This document shows positions 38,837-54,555 of a stretch of 64,000 nt of DNA, one piece after another. Within the stretch, counting starts at the first letter, position 1. Each line of letters begins with the position of its first letter. Source of the DNA: Eledone cirrhosa (taxonomy: Eukaryota); NCBI GenBank assembly GCA_964016885.1, contig OZ024753.1, forward strand, positions 25,544,001 through 25,608,000, written 5' to 3'. The translations under genes and the position numbers were made by a program. A model generated the notes under the pieces. It searched no databases and was not told the origin of the DNA. It was given only the letters and a program-made list of their open reading frames with translations.

Positions 38837-38886
38837 TTTCAAAATATTGTTTCGTTATAATATTTCTTTTGTTTGTTCTTTTATAG

Positions 38887-39105
38887 GTGAAGACTCAGCT
38901 TCAGGCAAAAGCAACTGAGGTGATTGCTGTTGGTTATCAACACAAACATTTTGGCATGATTCAAGGATTGTCCAATACTTACAGAGATTTTGGATTTAGT
39001 GGTTTGTGGCGTGGTGTGAGTGGTTCTCTCCCTCGGGTCACTATAGGATCAGGAATACAATTATCAACATTTTCTACATCAAAAGCTTTCATTGTCAACA
39101 CTAAG
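38887..39105 (+). CDS. SLC25A35: SLC25A35-like mitochondrial carrier, internal coding exon
   Basis: Polypyrimidine-TAG acceptor at 38886 and AAG/GTACAG donor; 219 nt in frame: VKTQLQA..IAVGYQHKH..GLWRG..LPRVTIGSGIQLSTFS. Confidence 0.88.
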
Positions 39106-39167
39106 GTACAGCCTTCTATACATCGTTTACCTTCCATCTTTCTCTTCCTTCTTTCTAATTTTATGTT

Positions 39168-39555
39168 TCATCATCATCATCATCACTTTTACGTCTGTTT
39201 TCCCATGCTTGCATGGGTTGAATGGGGTTTTTTCAGCATAGCATCTCCCCACTCGTTGGATTCCTTTGTCATCTCCTCTCTGAGTCTCAGCAATTTAACA
39301 TTAGCTCTCACGACCTCTGCTCAGGTCTTTATTGGGCTACCTCTACTGCAGATTCCTACCACTGGGATTTCCTGGCCTTTCTTCACCCAGCAATCATCAT
39401 CCATGTCCACCACATGTTCATACCAATGTAGTTTTCCCTCTTGCCCATCACTTTGAATTTCTCTTAAACCCAGCTTCTCCTTCAGTTCATCCAAGCTCAG
39501 CCGTTCTCTCACATTTACATTGCACATCCAACCAAGCATGGTTGATTCGTTTCTC
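39168..39555 (-). mobile_element. RTE LINE 3' fragment in SLC25A35 intron
   Basis: MLGWMCNVNVRER..LHWYEHVV; (CAT)n end. Confidence 0.85.
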
Positions 39556-40107
39556 TGTAGTCACAGCCCATGTTTCACTATCATGTAGCACCACATATCC
39601 TCTGCAGTCACATCCCATGTTTCACTACCATGTAGCACCACATATCCTCTGCAGTCACACCCCATGTTTCACTACCATGTAGCACCACATATCCTCTGCA
39701 GCCACAGCCCATGTTTCACTACCATGTAGCACCATATGTCCTCTGCAGCCACTGCCCATTTTTCACTACCATGTAGCACCACATATCCTCTGCAGCCACA
39801 GCCCATGTTTCACTACCATGTAGCACCACATATCCTCTGCAGCCACAGCCCATGTTTCACTACCATGTAGCACCATATGTCCTCTGCAGCCACTGCCCAT
39901 TTTTCACTACCATGTAGCACCACATATCCTCTGCAGTCCTTGCCCATGTTTCACTACCATGCAGCACCGCATGTCCTCTGCAGTCCTTGCCCATGTTTCA
40001 CTACCATGCAGCACCACATGTCCTCTGCAGTCCCTGCCCATGTTTCACTACCATGTAGCACCACATGTCCTCTGCAGTCCCTGTCCATGTTTCACTACCA
40101 TGTAGCA
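39556..40107. repeat. 47-bp minisatellite derived from RTE ORF
   Basis: GCCCATGTTTCACTACCATGTAGCACCACATATCCTCTGCAGCCACA x~11.5; antisense of the [13 protein letters not shown] coding region. Confidence 0.92.
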
Positions 40108-40620
40108 GACAGGGAGAAACCTTTCATTGTCAACAGTAGATATTATAACTGTAGATTACATATTCAAATCACTTCACTCTATTTTCAAAGGAACATTTGT
40201 TCCCTTGAAAACAGTGTGGAGGGATTTGAGTCCCAGGCTCAGCTAGCTCCAGCTGACAGTACCTAAAATGGGTCCCTATACAGGGTTACAGACTTCACAT
40301 AGTTTTTAGCCTGATAAGGGAGGAGAGAAGGGGCTTCAGACTAGCAACCTTACCTCCATTAATTAAAATTGCTACAGAAGCAATGAAAGTGTGTGTTTGT
40401 GTTAATGTGTGTGTGTGGGGTGTTAATGTGTGGGGGGTGTTAATGTGTGTGTGGGGTGTTAATGTGTGTGTAGGGGGTGTTAGTGTGTGTGTTGTATTAA
40501 TGCGTGTGTGTGTGTGTGTATGGTTGTGTGGTTGTATTAATGTGTGTGTGGTGTTAATGTGTGTGTGTATATCTGTTGATTATATTACCTTGCCCTATAT
40601 GTTTCCTCCTTTAGCCTCAT

Positions 40621-40853
40621 TAGGGCGGTAGATTGGTAGATTGGTAGAATTGGTAGAGTGTCAGACAATATGCTTGATAGCATAGAGTTATGTTCCTTTA
40701 CATTCTGAGTTCAAATCCTGGCGAGGTTAACTTTGCCTTTCATCCTTACGGGAGGGTCGATAAAATAAAGTACCAGTAATGCACTGGGATTGATTTAATT
40801 GACTTTTCTCTCTCCTAAAATTGTTGGCCTTGTGCCTAAATCAGAAACCGTTA
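40621..40853 (+). mobile_element. Meta-domain-like tRNA SINE
   Basis: GAGTTCAAATCC B box and GCCTTTCATCC..GTCGATAAAATAAAGTACCAG body. Confidence 0.8.
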
Positions 40854-40893
40854 TTTGTGTTTTCTTTTTATCTTGTTGTTGTTCTCATTGCAG

Positions 40894-41205
40894 ACCTTCC
40901 AACCAAACAGTTGGCTCAATGCCTTACTAGCAAGTATGATCAGTGGAGTATTAGTAACACTATTCATGACTCCATTTGATGTTGTTTCCACACGCCTGTA
41001 TAACCAAGGAGTCGATGCCAGTGGACGTGGCTTGTTTTACACGGGACCTTTAAACTGCTTTAACAAGATCTTTGTGTCAGAAGGTGTTTGGGGTTTTTAC
41101 AAAGGATGGGGGCCATCTTTCTTCAGACTCGTTCCTCACACGGTCCTTAGTTTAGTATTTTGGACTGAATTACGAAAATATTATTTCTATTATCAAGAAA
41201 TGTAA
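40894..41205 (+). CDS. SLC25A35: SLC25A35-like mitochondrial carrier, last coding exon
   Basis: TTGCAG acceptor at 40893; [13 protein letters not shown] carrier motif, [28 protein letters not shown], stop TAA; phase compatible with the previous exon. Confidence 0.9.
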   Translation, partial: TFQPNSWLNALLASMISGVLVTLFMTPFDVVSTRLYNQGVDASGRGLFYTGPLNCFNKIFVSEGVWGFYKGWGPSFFRLVPHTVLSLVFWTELRKYYFYYQEM

Positions 41206-41364
41206 AAATTGAAGAAGGATATTTGCTGAAAGGAATGTTGCTACTCAGAGTACTGAGAGTGTATGGTAGGGACACAAACTCAGGTACCACTGGATACACA
41301 CATTACTTGCATGTACAGACAAGTGAGTGTGTATGCAATAACAAACATGGCTAAAAGTGTATGT

Positions 41365-41934
41365 TTATCTAGCCATCTACACACACATCTAATATATATA
41401 TATACATATATCTAGCCATCTACACACATCTAATATATATATATATATACATATATCTAGCCATCTACACATATCTAATATATATATATATATATATACA
41501 CATCTATCTAGCCATCTACACATATCTAATATATATACGGCACAATTATTTCACCTCAATCGGCCCCGCTCTCTTCAACATCACACCAGGACACGTCAAA
41601 ACAGAAACTGACCACACAAAATTCAAAAAGTCTTTGGACAAATTCCTCCAAGTAATCCCGGACAAACCACCCACACCCGGATATGTCTCCGCAAACAGTA
41701 ATTCTCTTCTCGAATGGGCCATGGTGCCCAAATCCTGAATTGAAAGACTTCGCCAGGTGGTGCTATTAAGTTAGACATGGCCTGGGCCAATACTGGCCAA
41801 AACATTTCAAAGTTATTCAAAGTTATATATATACATCTATCTAGCCATCTACACATATCTAATATATTTATATATATACATATATCTAGCCATCTACACA
41901 TATCTAATATTTATACAAGTCAAAGTGTGAGTAT

Positions 41935-41972
<38 letters not shown>

Positions 41973-42030
41973 TTATCAAATCCATCTACACACATATCTA
42001 ATATTTATATGTAAGTGTGTGTATATATAT
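41365..42030. repeat. TATCTAGCCATCTACACATATCTAATA minisatellite
   Basis: About 7 copies, interrupted by a LINE fragment. Confidence 0.85.
41539..41823 (+). mobile_element. CR1-like LINE 3' end
   Basis: Translates FTSIGPALFNITP..FKKSLDKFLQVIPDKPPTPGY..NSLLEW, resembling CR1-group ORF2 C-termini. Confidence 0.7.
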
Positions 42031-42035
42031 ATATA

Positions 42036-42709
<674 letters not shown>

Positions 42710-43187
42710 GAGCTGATAAACTCCGACCTCACACACTTACACCTCTCCAAGACAATGTCACTGGACCGAGACCTTTGGCGGTACTCAGTAACAGAGAAGA
42801 CCCGCCTTGCCAGTAGGCATCTCTAACAAAATACACCCCGTCCCACCACCACCACCCCCACCCCATCCACACCACCCCGTCCTATGTAAAGTTATGTTGG
42901 TGCCGCGCCATCCGGGCCGAAACAAATGAGATCGTGTAGGTGTCACGACAAAAAAACACACAGTCCACGCTGTAATGTGGCCGTGTAGGCAACACGGTAA
43001 AAACCTCCCAGACCCACACTGTAAATGTGGTTGGTGTTAGGAAGGGCATCCAACTGTAGAAAACCTGCCAGACAGTCCTATGCGAGCAAGACAATCACTC
43101 TTGCCTCAAGTGGGACTACCCCCGTCCAAACCCATGCAAGCGTGGAACACGGACGTTAAACGTTGATGATGATGATGATGATGATGA
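42710..43187 (+). mobile_element. RTE LINE 3' end
   Basis: Reverse complement of 51078-51565; (TGA)n tail. Confidence 0.88.
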
Positions 43188-43239
43188 GTGCGTGTGTAGG
43201 TCTAACCATTTACACAATCTAATATTTATACAAGTGTGA

Positions 43240-43285
<46 letters not shown>

Positions 43286-43448
43286 TAAAAGAGAAAACAC
43301 AGGTAAGCATTAAGAGAATGATTTTATCCAGGTATTTACGACCGTTTCATTGGTAAGTGCAACGTTATATTGCTATATATATATATATATGAGTGCGTGT
43401 GTAGGTCTATCTAACCATTTACACAATCTAATATTTACACAAGTGTGA

Positions 43449-43502
<54 letters not shown>

Positions 43503-43519
43503 CCATCTACACACACATA

Positions 43520-43970
43520 TGCAACATCGTCAGTGGTGCTATTGTTTCCTCCCGTTGCATTGTATGTCTACACCATCTTTATTTTGACTGTTTATATATT
43601 TATTTATTTGTTTATTTTTTTGTCTTCTTTGCGCATGCGTTTGCGTGTGTGTATAGTGTTTTGTTTGATGTGTGTTCGTGTTTGGGTGACTGTGTATTGG
43701 TTAATGTATTCTATCTTTACTAGTGTGTGTTTATATGTGTTTGTTGTTATTGTGCTTGTGTATGTATTTATTTATTTATTTATACTTCTCTTAGGTCAGT
43801 GTTGTTTGTTTGGGTGTTGTTATTCCATTCATTTTTTCTGTTTAGCCTTGGCCTTCTAAATTCTATTTCACTGGCCTCTCTAGTTTGCCTATCTGCTGGG
43901 TCATTTCTATGTTTAGATATTATTCTAATTTCTATGTTGTCTATGTTACCGTAGTGTTGTTGTCTGGCAT
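43520..43970 (-). mobile_element. PLE fragment (same family as 12352-13980)
   Basis: Near-identical reverse complement of ~13308-13757. Confidence 0.9.
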
Positions 43971-44295
43971 ACTATACGAACATGAAAATGAAATAATTTT
44001 GATGTGCAATGAAATAATTTTGATAGACTAAATATATATGTGTTTGTGTCTATATTGAAAAAGAAATTCAAACACTCATATATGAAAAAACAACCTGTGA
44101 ACCCCCCCCCCCCTCCTCTTATTTGAAGAACTATTGTAACGCGAACTGGCGCGAAATTTATTATAATTATTGAGAAACCAATCAAATTACTTCTCGAAAA
44201 ACCTGGCATTTCGAGCCACTTTTTCCATATAAAACAAGTAACATTCAGAGACCAACCAGATGTGAGAAAAACCACAGACCCTCCATCTCAACTCA

Positions 44296-44333
44296 CCTTT
44301 TGAAAAGCAGAAGAACTGCGAAACCGGTAAAGG
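44296..44333 (+). ncRNA. Minimal hammerhead ribozyme, U3-A8 core variant
   Basis: CCTT-TTGAAAA-GCAG-AAGAA-CTGC-GAAA-CCGG-TA-AAGG. Confidence 0.78.
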
Positions 44334-44402
44334 AACCAAATAAATATATATATTTAAAAAAAAAATAAGACTCCAGTTGCATTTTCGATTTCATCTCTTT
44401 TT

Positions 44403-44460
<58 letters not shown>

Positions 44461-44466
44461 ATATAT

Positions 44467-44498
<32 letters not shown>

Positions 44499-44614
44499 GT
44501 ATATACATATATATATCTATATATGTACATATATATATGTATATATATCTATATATGTACATATATATATGTATATATATCTATATATATGTATATATAT
44601 ATATATATATATAT

Positions 44615-45527
44615 GAATGGTAAAAATGAAACAAAATTTCATTTCTCACTCTTAGTACGGCTGTTACTTAAATATAAGTATGTATACGTACATACATATA
44701 TGTATACAGACGTACAGTAGTATGTATATATATATATACATATATATGTACGTATGGATTCACCGAACATTTATTATAATGCTCGGTGTGTTTGTAAACA
44801 AACATCCCGAATTAAGCCGTACAGTGTCTAGCAACCATCGTTGCTCATTTGTTCAACACTGACAAAGGACCGCTGTACTAGTTTCAAGCTTATTAGCTAT
44901 CGTCAGCAACGTATACCTTCCTGCCAGATGGTTGAACGTCTGAAAGTATATACTTTCCTTATGCATATTAACAGCTGAGCAGCCTAATTTGCATATCGAG
45001 TGAATTAATCGGCCGGGGTACCGAAAACGATAAACGGAAAAAATGAAACGAAATTTCATTTCTCACTCTTAGTACGGCTGTTACTTAAATATAAATTATA
45101 TATACTTATATTTAAGTAACAGCCGTACTAAGAGTGAGAAATGAAATTTCGTTTCATTTTTTCCGCTTTATCGTTTTCGGTACCCCGGCCGATTAACTCA
45201 CTCGATATGCAAATTAGGCTGCTCAGCCGTTAATATGCATAAGCAAAGTATATACTTTCAGACGTTCAACCATCTGGCAGGAAGGTATACGTTGCTGACG
45301 ATAGCTAATAAGCTTGAAACTAGTACAGCTTTCCTTTGTCAGTGTTGAACAAATGAGCAACGATGGTTGCTAGACACTGTACGGCTTAATTCGGGATGTT
45401 TGTTTACAAACACACCGAGCATTATAATAAATGTTCGGTGAATCCATACATACATATATATGTATATATATATACACATACTACTGTACGTCTGTATAGA
45501 TATATGTATGTACGTATACATACTTAT
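44615..45527. mobile_element. Retrozyme-like family A, fold-back of two >=1-monomer copies
   Basis: Arms 44615-45094 (minus) and 45106-45527 (plus); 417-bp internal direct repeat (44634 versus 45051); hammerheads at 44871-44912 (-) and 45289-45329 (+). Confidence 0.85.
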
Positions 45528-45742
45528 ATATATATATATATGTATATGTATGTGTATGTATATAAATGTATATATATGTATATATATAGATATATGTATG
45601 TATATAAATGTATATATATGTATATATATAGATATATGTATGTTTATAAATGTATATATACGTATATGTATGTATGTATATGTATATATATGTCCCACCC
45701 TTGCAAGCAGGGAGAAGCAGACGTAAAATGATGATGATGATA

Positions 45743-46078
45743 TGAAGGCGCATGGCTTAGTGGTTAGAGCATTGGCCTTGCAATTGAAAGGTTGTGAATT
45801 CAATTTTCAGACCGGGTGAAGTGTTGTTTCCTTGAGCAAGATACTTTATTTCACATTGCTCCAGTTTACTCAGCTGTAGAAATGAGATGATAGGACTGGG
45901 GTCCCTATGATTCCATTGTAAAGAGGACGTGTAGGCGCCATGGAATAAAAGCACCCAGCACTCACTGTAAATGAGGTTGGTGTTAGGAAGGGCATCCAGC
46001 TGTAGATATTAATGTAGAATCAGTTCCCGTCCCAACCTTGCAAGCAGGGAAAAGCGGACGTAAAATGATGATGATGAT
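45743..46078 (+). mobile_element. tRNA-derived SINE with RTE-like tail
   Basis: Near-identical to 29495-29817. Confidence 0.88.
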
Positions 46079-50054
<3,976 letters not shown>

Positions 50055-50592
50055 TTAGAATTGGAGCTCTGAAATAGCAATATATATATGGATGTATATA
50101 TAATGTATTTTGCAATACACTTTATGCTTAATTAAAAGCATTTTGAAGACCGTAAGCTATTTTAAAGTAGTGACAAATTCACTCACTTTGATCTCAGCAA
50201 ACAGGGGAGATAAGCCGACCAAGACTTGTTTCGCTTTGGTTGAAGCTTATCAAGGCCAACTACCCCACCTGTTTACTGAGATCATTGATGTTATATTCTT
50301 ATAGAAATCTAGTAAATAATCAGGAGCTGATTATGCAGAGCGGTTGTTGGTCAGGCAGAAATTAAAAATTAGAATTGGAGCTCTGAAATAGCAATATATA
50401 TATGGATGTATATATAATGTATTTTGCAATACACTTTATGCTTAATTAAAAGCATTTTGAAGACCGTAAGCTATTGTTTTAAAGTAGTGACAAATTCACT
50501 CACTTTGATCTCAGCAAACAGGGGAGATAAGCCGACAAGACTTGTTTCGCTTTGGTTGAAGCTTATCAATTTGTCACTACTTTAAAACAATA
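50055..50592 (-). mobile_element. Retrozyme-like family B, ~1.6 tandem copies of a 314-bp unit plus short terminal inversion
   Basis: TTGGAGCTCTGAAATAGC at 50061 and 50375; hammerhead at 50189-50284; 50570-50592 inverts 50472-50495. Confidence 0.75.
50189..50284 (-). ncRNA. Type I hammerhead, U3-A8 variant with long extended stem I
   Basis: TGATCTCAGTAAACAGG..GGCC-TTGATAA-GCTT-CAACCA-AAGC-GAAA-CAAGTCTTG(G)-TC-GGCT..CCTGTTTGCTGAGATCA. Confidence 0.75.
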
Positions 50593-51077
50593 TGTAAGTA
50601 TGTATGTATACAGACGTACAGTAGCATGCATATATATATATATATATATATGCATGCTACTGTACGTCTGTATACATATATGTATGTACGTATACATACA
50701 TACTTACATATATATGTATATATATATATGTATATATATATGTATATATATATGTATATATATATGTATGTATATATATGTATATATATATGTATATATA
50801 TATGTATATATATGTATATATATATGTATATATATATGTATATATATGTATATATATATATTTGTATATGTATATATATTTGTATATGTATATATATATA
50901 TGTATATATATATATTTGTATATGTATATATATATATATATATATTTGTATATGTATATATATATATATATATATTTGTATATGTATATATATATATATG
51001 TATGTATATATATGTATATATATATGTATGTATATATATGTATATATATATGTATATATATATATGTATGTATATAT

Positions 51078-53072
51078 ATCATCATCATCAGGTTTAGCGT
51101 CCGTGCACGCTTGCATGGGTTTGGACGGGGGTTTTCCCACTTGAGGCAAGAGTGGTTGTCTTGCTCGCATAGGACTGTCTGGCGGGTTTTCTACAGCTGG
51201 ATGCCCTTCCTAACACCAACCACATTTACAGTGTGGGGCTGGGAGGTTTTTACCGTGTTGCCTACACGGCCACATTACAGCGTGGACTGTGTGTTTTTTG
51301 TCGTGACACCTACACGATCTCATTTGTTTCGGCCTGGATGTTGAGGGACCAACATAACTGTACATTGAAAGGGGCGGTGTGGATGGGGTGGAGGTGGTGG
51401 GACGGGGGGGGTGTTTTGATAGAGATGCCTACTGACTGTAGTAGGTTTTTACTTTGTATTTAGGTAAGGCGGGTCTTCTCTATTACTGAGTACCGCCAAA
51501 GGTCTCGGTCCAGTGACATTGTCTTGGAGAGGTGTAAGCGTGTGAGGTCGGAATTTATCAGCTCGTCCCATGTTTTTCTGGGTCTGCCTACTCCGTGGCT
51601 ACCGTCTATCTTTATTGCCCTGCACTTTGTTATACAGCTGTCGTCTTTCATGCGCATCACGTGACCGTACCAACGTAGCCTTCTCTCGAGTAAACAACAT
51701 CTGATCCCTCTTTATTTCTAATTTTTTCCTTAGTTCGTTTATGCTTTGCCGTTCACGTATATTACTATTGCACATCCAGCGGAGCATGCAAGCTTCGTTC
51801 CTCTCTAGTCTGCGTATATCCTCTGCACACAATGCCCAGGTCTCACTGCCATGCAGCATTGCTGTTCGTATGCAGGCATCGTATAACCTGCCTTTCATTT
51901 TTAGGGAGAACCCTCTAGCGGCTAATAGTGGTATGAGCTCTCTGAACTTTTTCCATCCAGTTCTGACTCTAGCTACTGTACTTTCAGAGCGCCCTCCCCC
52001 ACTGCTGATTTTGTCACCCAGGTAACGGAAGCTGTCCACTATTTCTATAGAACCCTCTGCGCAGTTGAAGGAGCTAGTATTTTGTGGGCACTTGCTGCTA
52101 CTTATTGCACCACAGCACCGGCCACATGTAAAATCTATGTTCTTAGTTAGCTTACCTGTGATCCCACTACATCTTTTATGCACCCATACTTTGCATTTGG
52201 GACATAAAATGGAGTTTCTACCTACGCCTTTCCTACACACTGAGCATGGCCATTTCCCAGATGGGACTGCCGCCATATTTTCTTTCCTACAAACTAGAAC
52301 TTTTGTCTTAGCCAGGTTAATTTTAAGGCCTTTTGATTCTAGGCCGTGCTTCCATGTTTGGAATTTCTTCTCTAGTTCGGTCATTGATTCAGCTATGAGC
52401 GTTAGATCATCTGCGTATAGGAGTTCCCATGGGCAGCCGGTCTTGAACTCCTCTGTTATAGCCTGAAGGGCAATAATAAATAGTAGGGGGCTAAGAACAG
52501 AGCCCTGATGGACACCAACTTTTACGCTAAACTCTTCACTATATTCGTTGTTAATTCTAACCTTACTTACTGTTTCTTTATACATGGCTTGTATAGCTCT
52601 CACAAGCCATTCGTCAACACCTAGTTTTCTAAGAGACCACCAGATAATGGAACGGGGGACTCTGTCGAAGGCTTTCTCCAAGTCGACGAAAGCTAAGTAT
52701 AGGGGTTTACTTTTAGCTAGGTACTTCTCCTGTAGTTGTCGTACAATGAAAAGAACGTCTGTGGTACTTTTGCCTGACACAAACCCGAACTGCATTTCAT
52801 CTAGATCAATTCTCTCTCTGATTAGTTGCGCTATTACTTTTTCCATGACCTTCATGACCTGGTCGATTAATTTAATGCCTCTATAGTTACTCCTATCTAG
52901 GGCATCTCCTTTTCCCTTATAGCAGTTAACGATGATGCTGCTACGCCAGTCCTTCGGAACAACCCCATTCTGTACGACTTGGTTAACTATCCGGGTGACC
53001 ATGGTGTGTCCCACCGAACCGGATGCCTTCAGCATCTCAGCAACTATTTCCGAAGGACCAGCCGCCTTACCC
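51078..53072 (-). mobile_element. Young 5'-truncated RTE LINE with 478-aa open RT region
   Basis: ORF 51599-53035 with full RT motifs and PHD-like Cys insert; 3' UTR and (TGA)n tail. Confidence 0.96.
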
Positions 53073-53088
53073 TTATATGTATATATAT

Positions 53089-53134
<46 letters not shown>

Positions 53135-53191
53135 GTATATGTATATATATATGTATATATATATATGTATATATATATGTATATATATATG

Positions 53192-53222
<31 letters not shown>

Positions 53223-53316
53223 GTATATATATATGTATATATATATGTATATATATATGTATATATATATATGTATATATATATGTATATATATATGTAT
53301 ATATATATATATGTAT

Positions 53317-54073
53317 ATAATATAAGATCAAAAGATGGTTAAAGGAGTTCCATGTATTTTATTATGCGCATTTCAAAAACAAACATCATCATGCAATAAT
53401 ATTTGTGTTTTCATCAGATAAAACAGGAGAACATGATATGAAGGCTAAAAAACACTTGTGGATAGTGCAGTTTTAAATCAACATATGAAAAGTGGTTTTA
53501 GATTGATGTGTGATATTGGGAAAAATATTTTATTTAGAGAGGGGGGTGGTGGAAAGGATGAAAAAGGGGAGGAGATGAGAGTGAAGGTGGAGAGGGAGAG
53601 ATGGGTGATAGAGAGAAAGAGATAGTTTTTATAACTGAGAGAAGATATATTGTTTTACATAGAGAGGTTGAAAATCGTTGGAAGATAATGTATAAATTAA
53701 AAGAATTTGAAAATTAACGAAGGGAAAAATATGTATGAGGAAAAAATATTTCTAAATAAAATATCTCTAAATAAAATATTTTTCCCAATATCACACATCA
53801 ATCTAAAACCACTTTTCATATGTTGATTTAAAACTGCACTATCCACAAGTGTTTTTTAGCCTTCATATCATGTTCTCCTGTTTTATCTGATGAAAACACA
53901 AATATTATTGCATGATGATGTTTGTTTTTGAAATGCGCATAATAAAATACATGGAACTCCTTTAACCATCTTTTGATCTTATATTATGTATACTCCAGTC
54001 CTACAAACTGTAGAGTGCTTCTTATCCGATATCTTCATTGCTTTATTGTACTACAATAAAACTCACCTCCTAC
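53317..54073. mobile_element. Fold-back PLE pLTR with a hammerhead in each arm
   Basis: Near-perfect ~223-bp inverted arms 53317-53540/53765-53987; tail 53988-54073; TA-flanked. Confidence 0.88.
53880..53948 (+). ncRNA. Type I hammerhead ribozyme (mirror copy at ~53356-53424 minus)
   Basis: GTTTTAT-CTGATGA-AAACACAAATATTAT..ATGATGTTTGTTTTT-GAAA-TGCGCA-TA-ATAAAAT. Confidence 0.85.
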
Positions 54074-54110
54074 ATATATATGTATATATATATATATGTA
54101 TATATATATG

Positions 54111-54157
<47 letters not shown>

Positions 54158-54522
54158 GTATATATATGTATATATGTATATATATGTATATATATATATA
54201 TATGTATATATATGTATATATATGTATATATATGTATATATATATATATGTATATATATGTATATATGTATATATATGTATATATATGTATATATGTATA
54301 TATATGTATATATGTATATATATGTATATATATGTATATATATGTATATATATATGTATGTATATATATGTATATATATGTATATATATGTATATATATA
54401 TGTATATATATATATATGTATATATATGTATATATATATATATATGTATATAGATATATATGTATATATATGTATATATACGTATATATATATATATATA
54501 TGTATATATATGTATATATACG

Positions 54523-54555
<33 letters not shown>

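Noticed and set aside
39106-39456. Extension of the 189-aa ORF beyond the SLC25A35 exon
   Set aside because: Carrier similarity stops at the GT donor at 39106; the rest is intron and antisense RTE
39556-40107. CRISPR-like regular arrays (also 24632-24895 and 38003-38193)
   Set aside because: Units are contiguous tandem repeats without unique spacers, in a eukaryotic context with no cas genes
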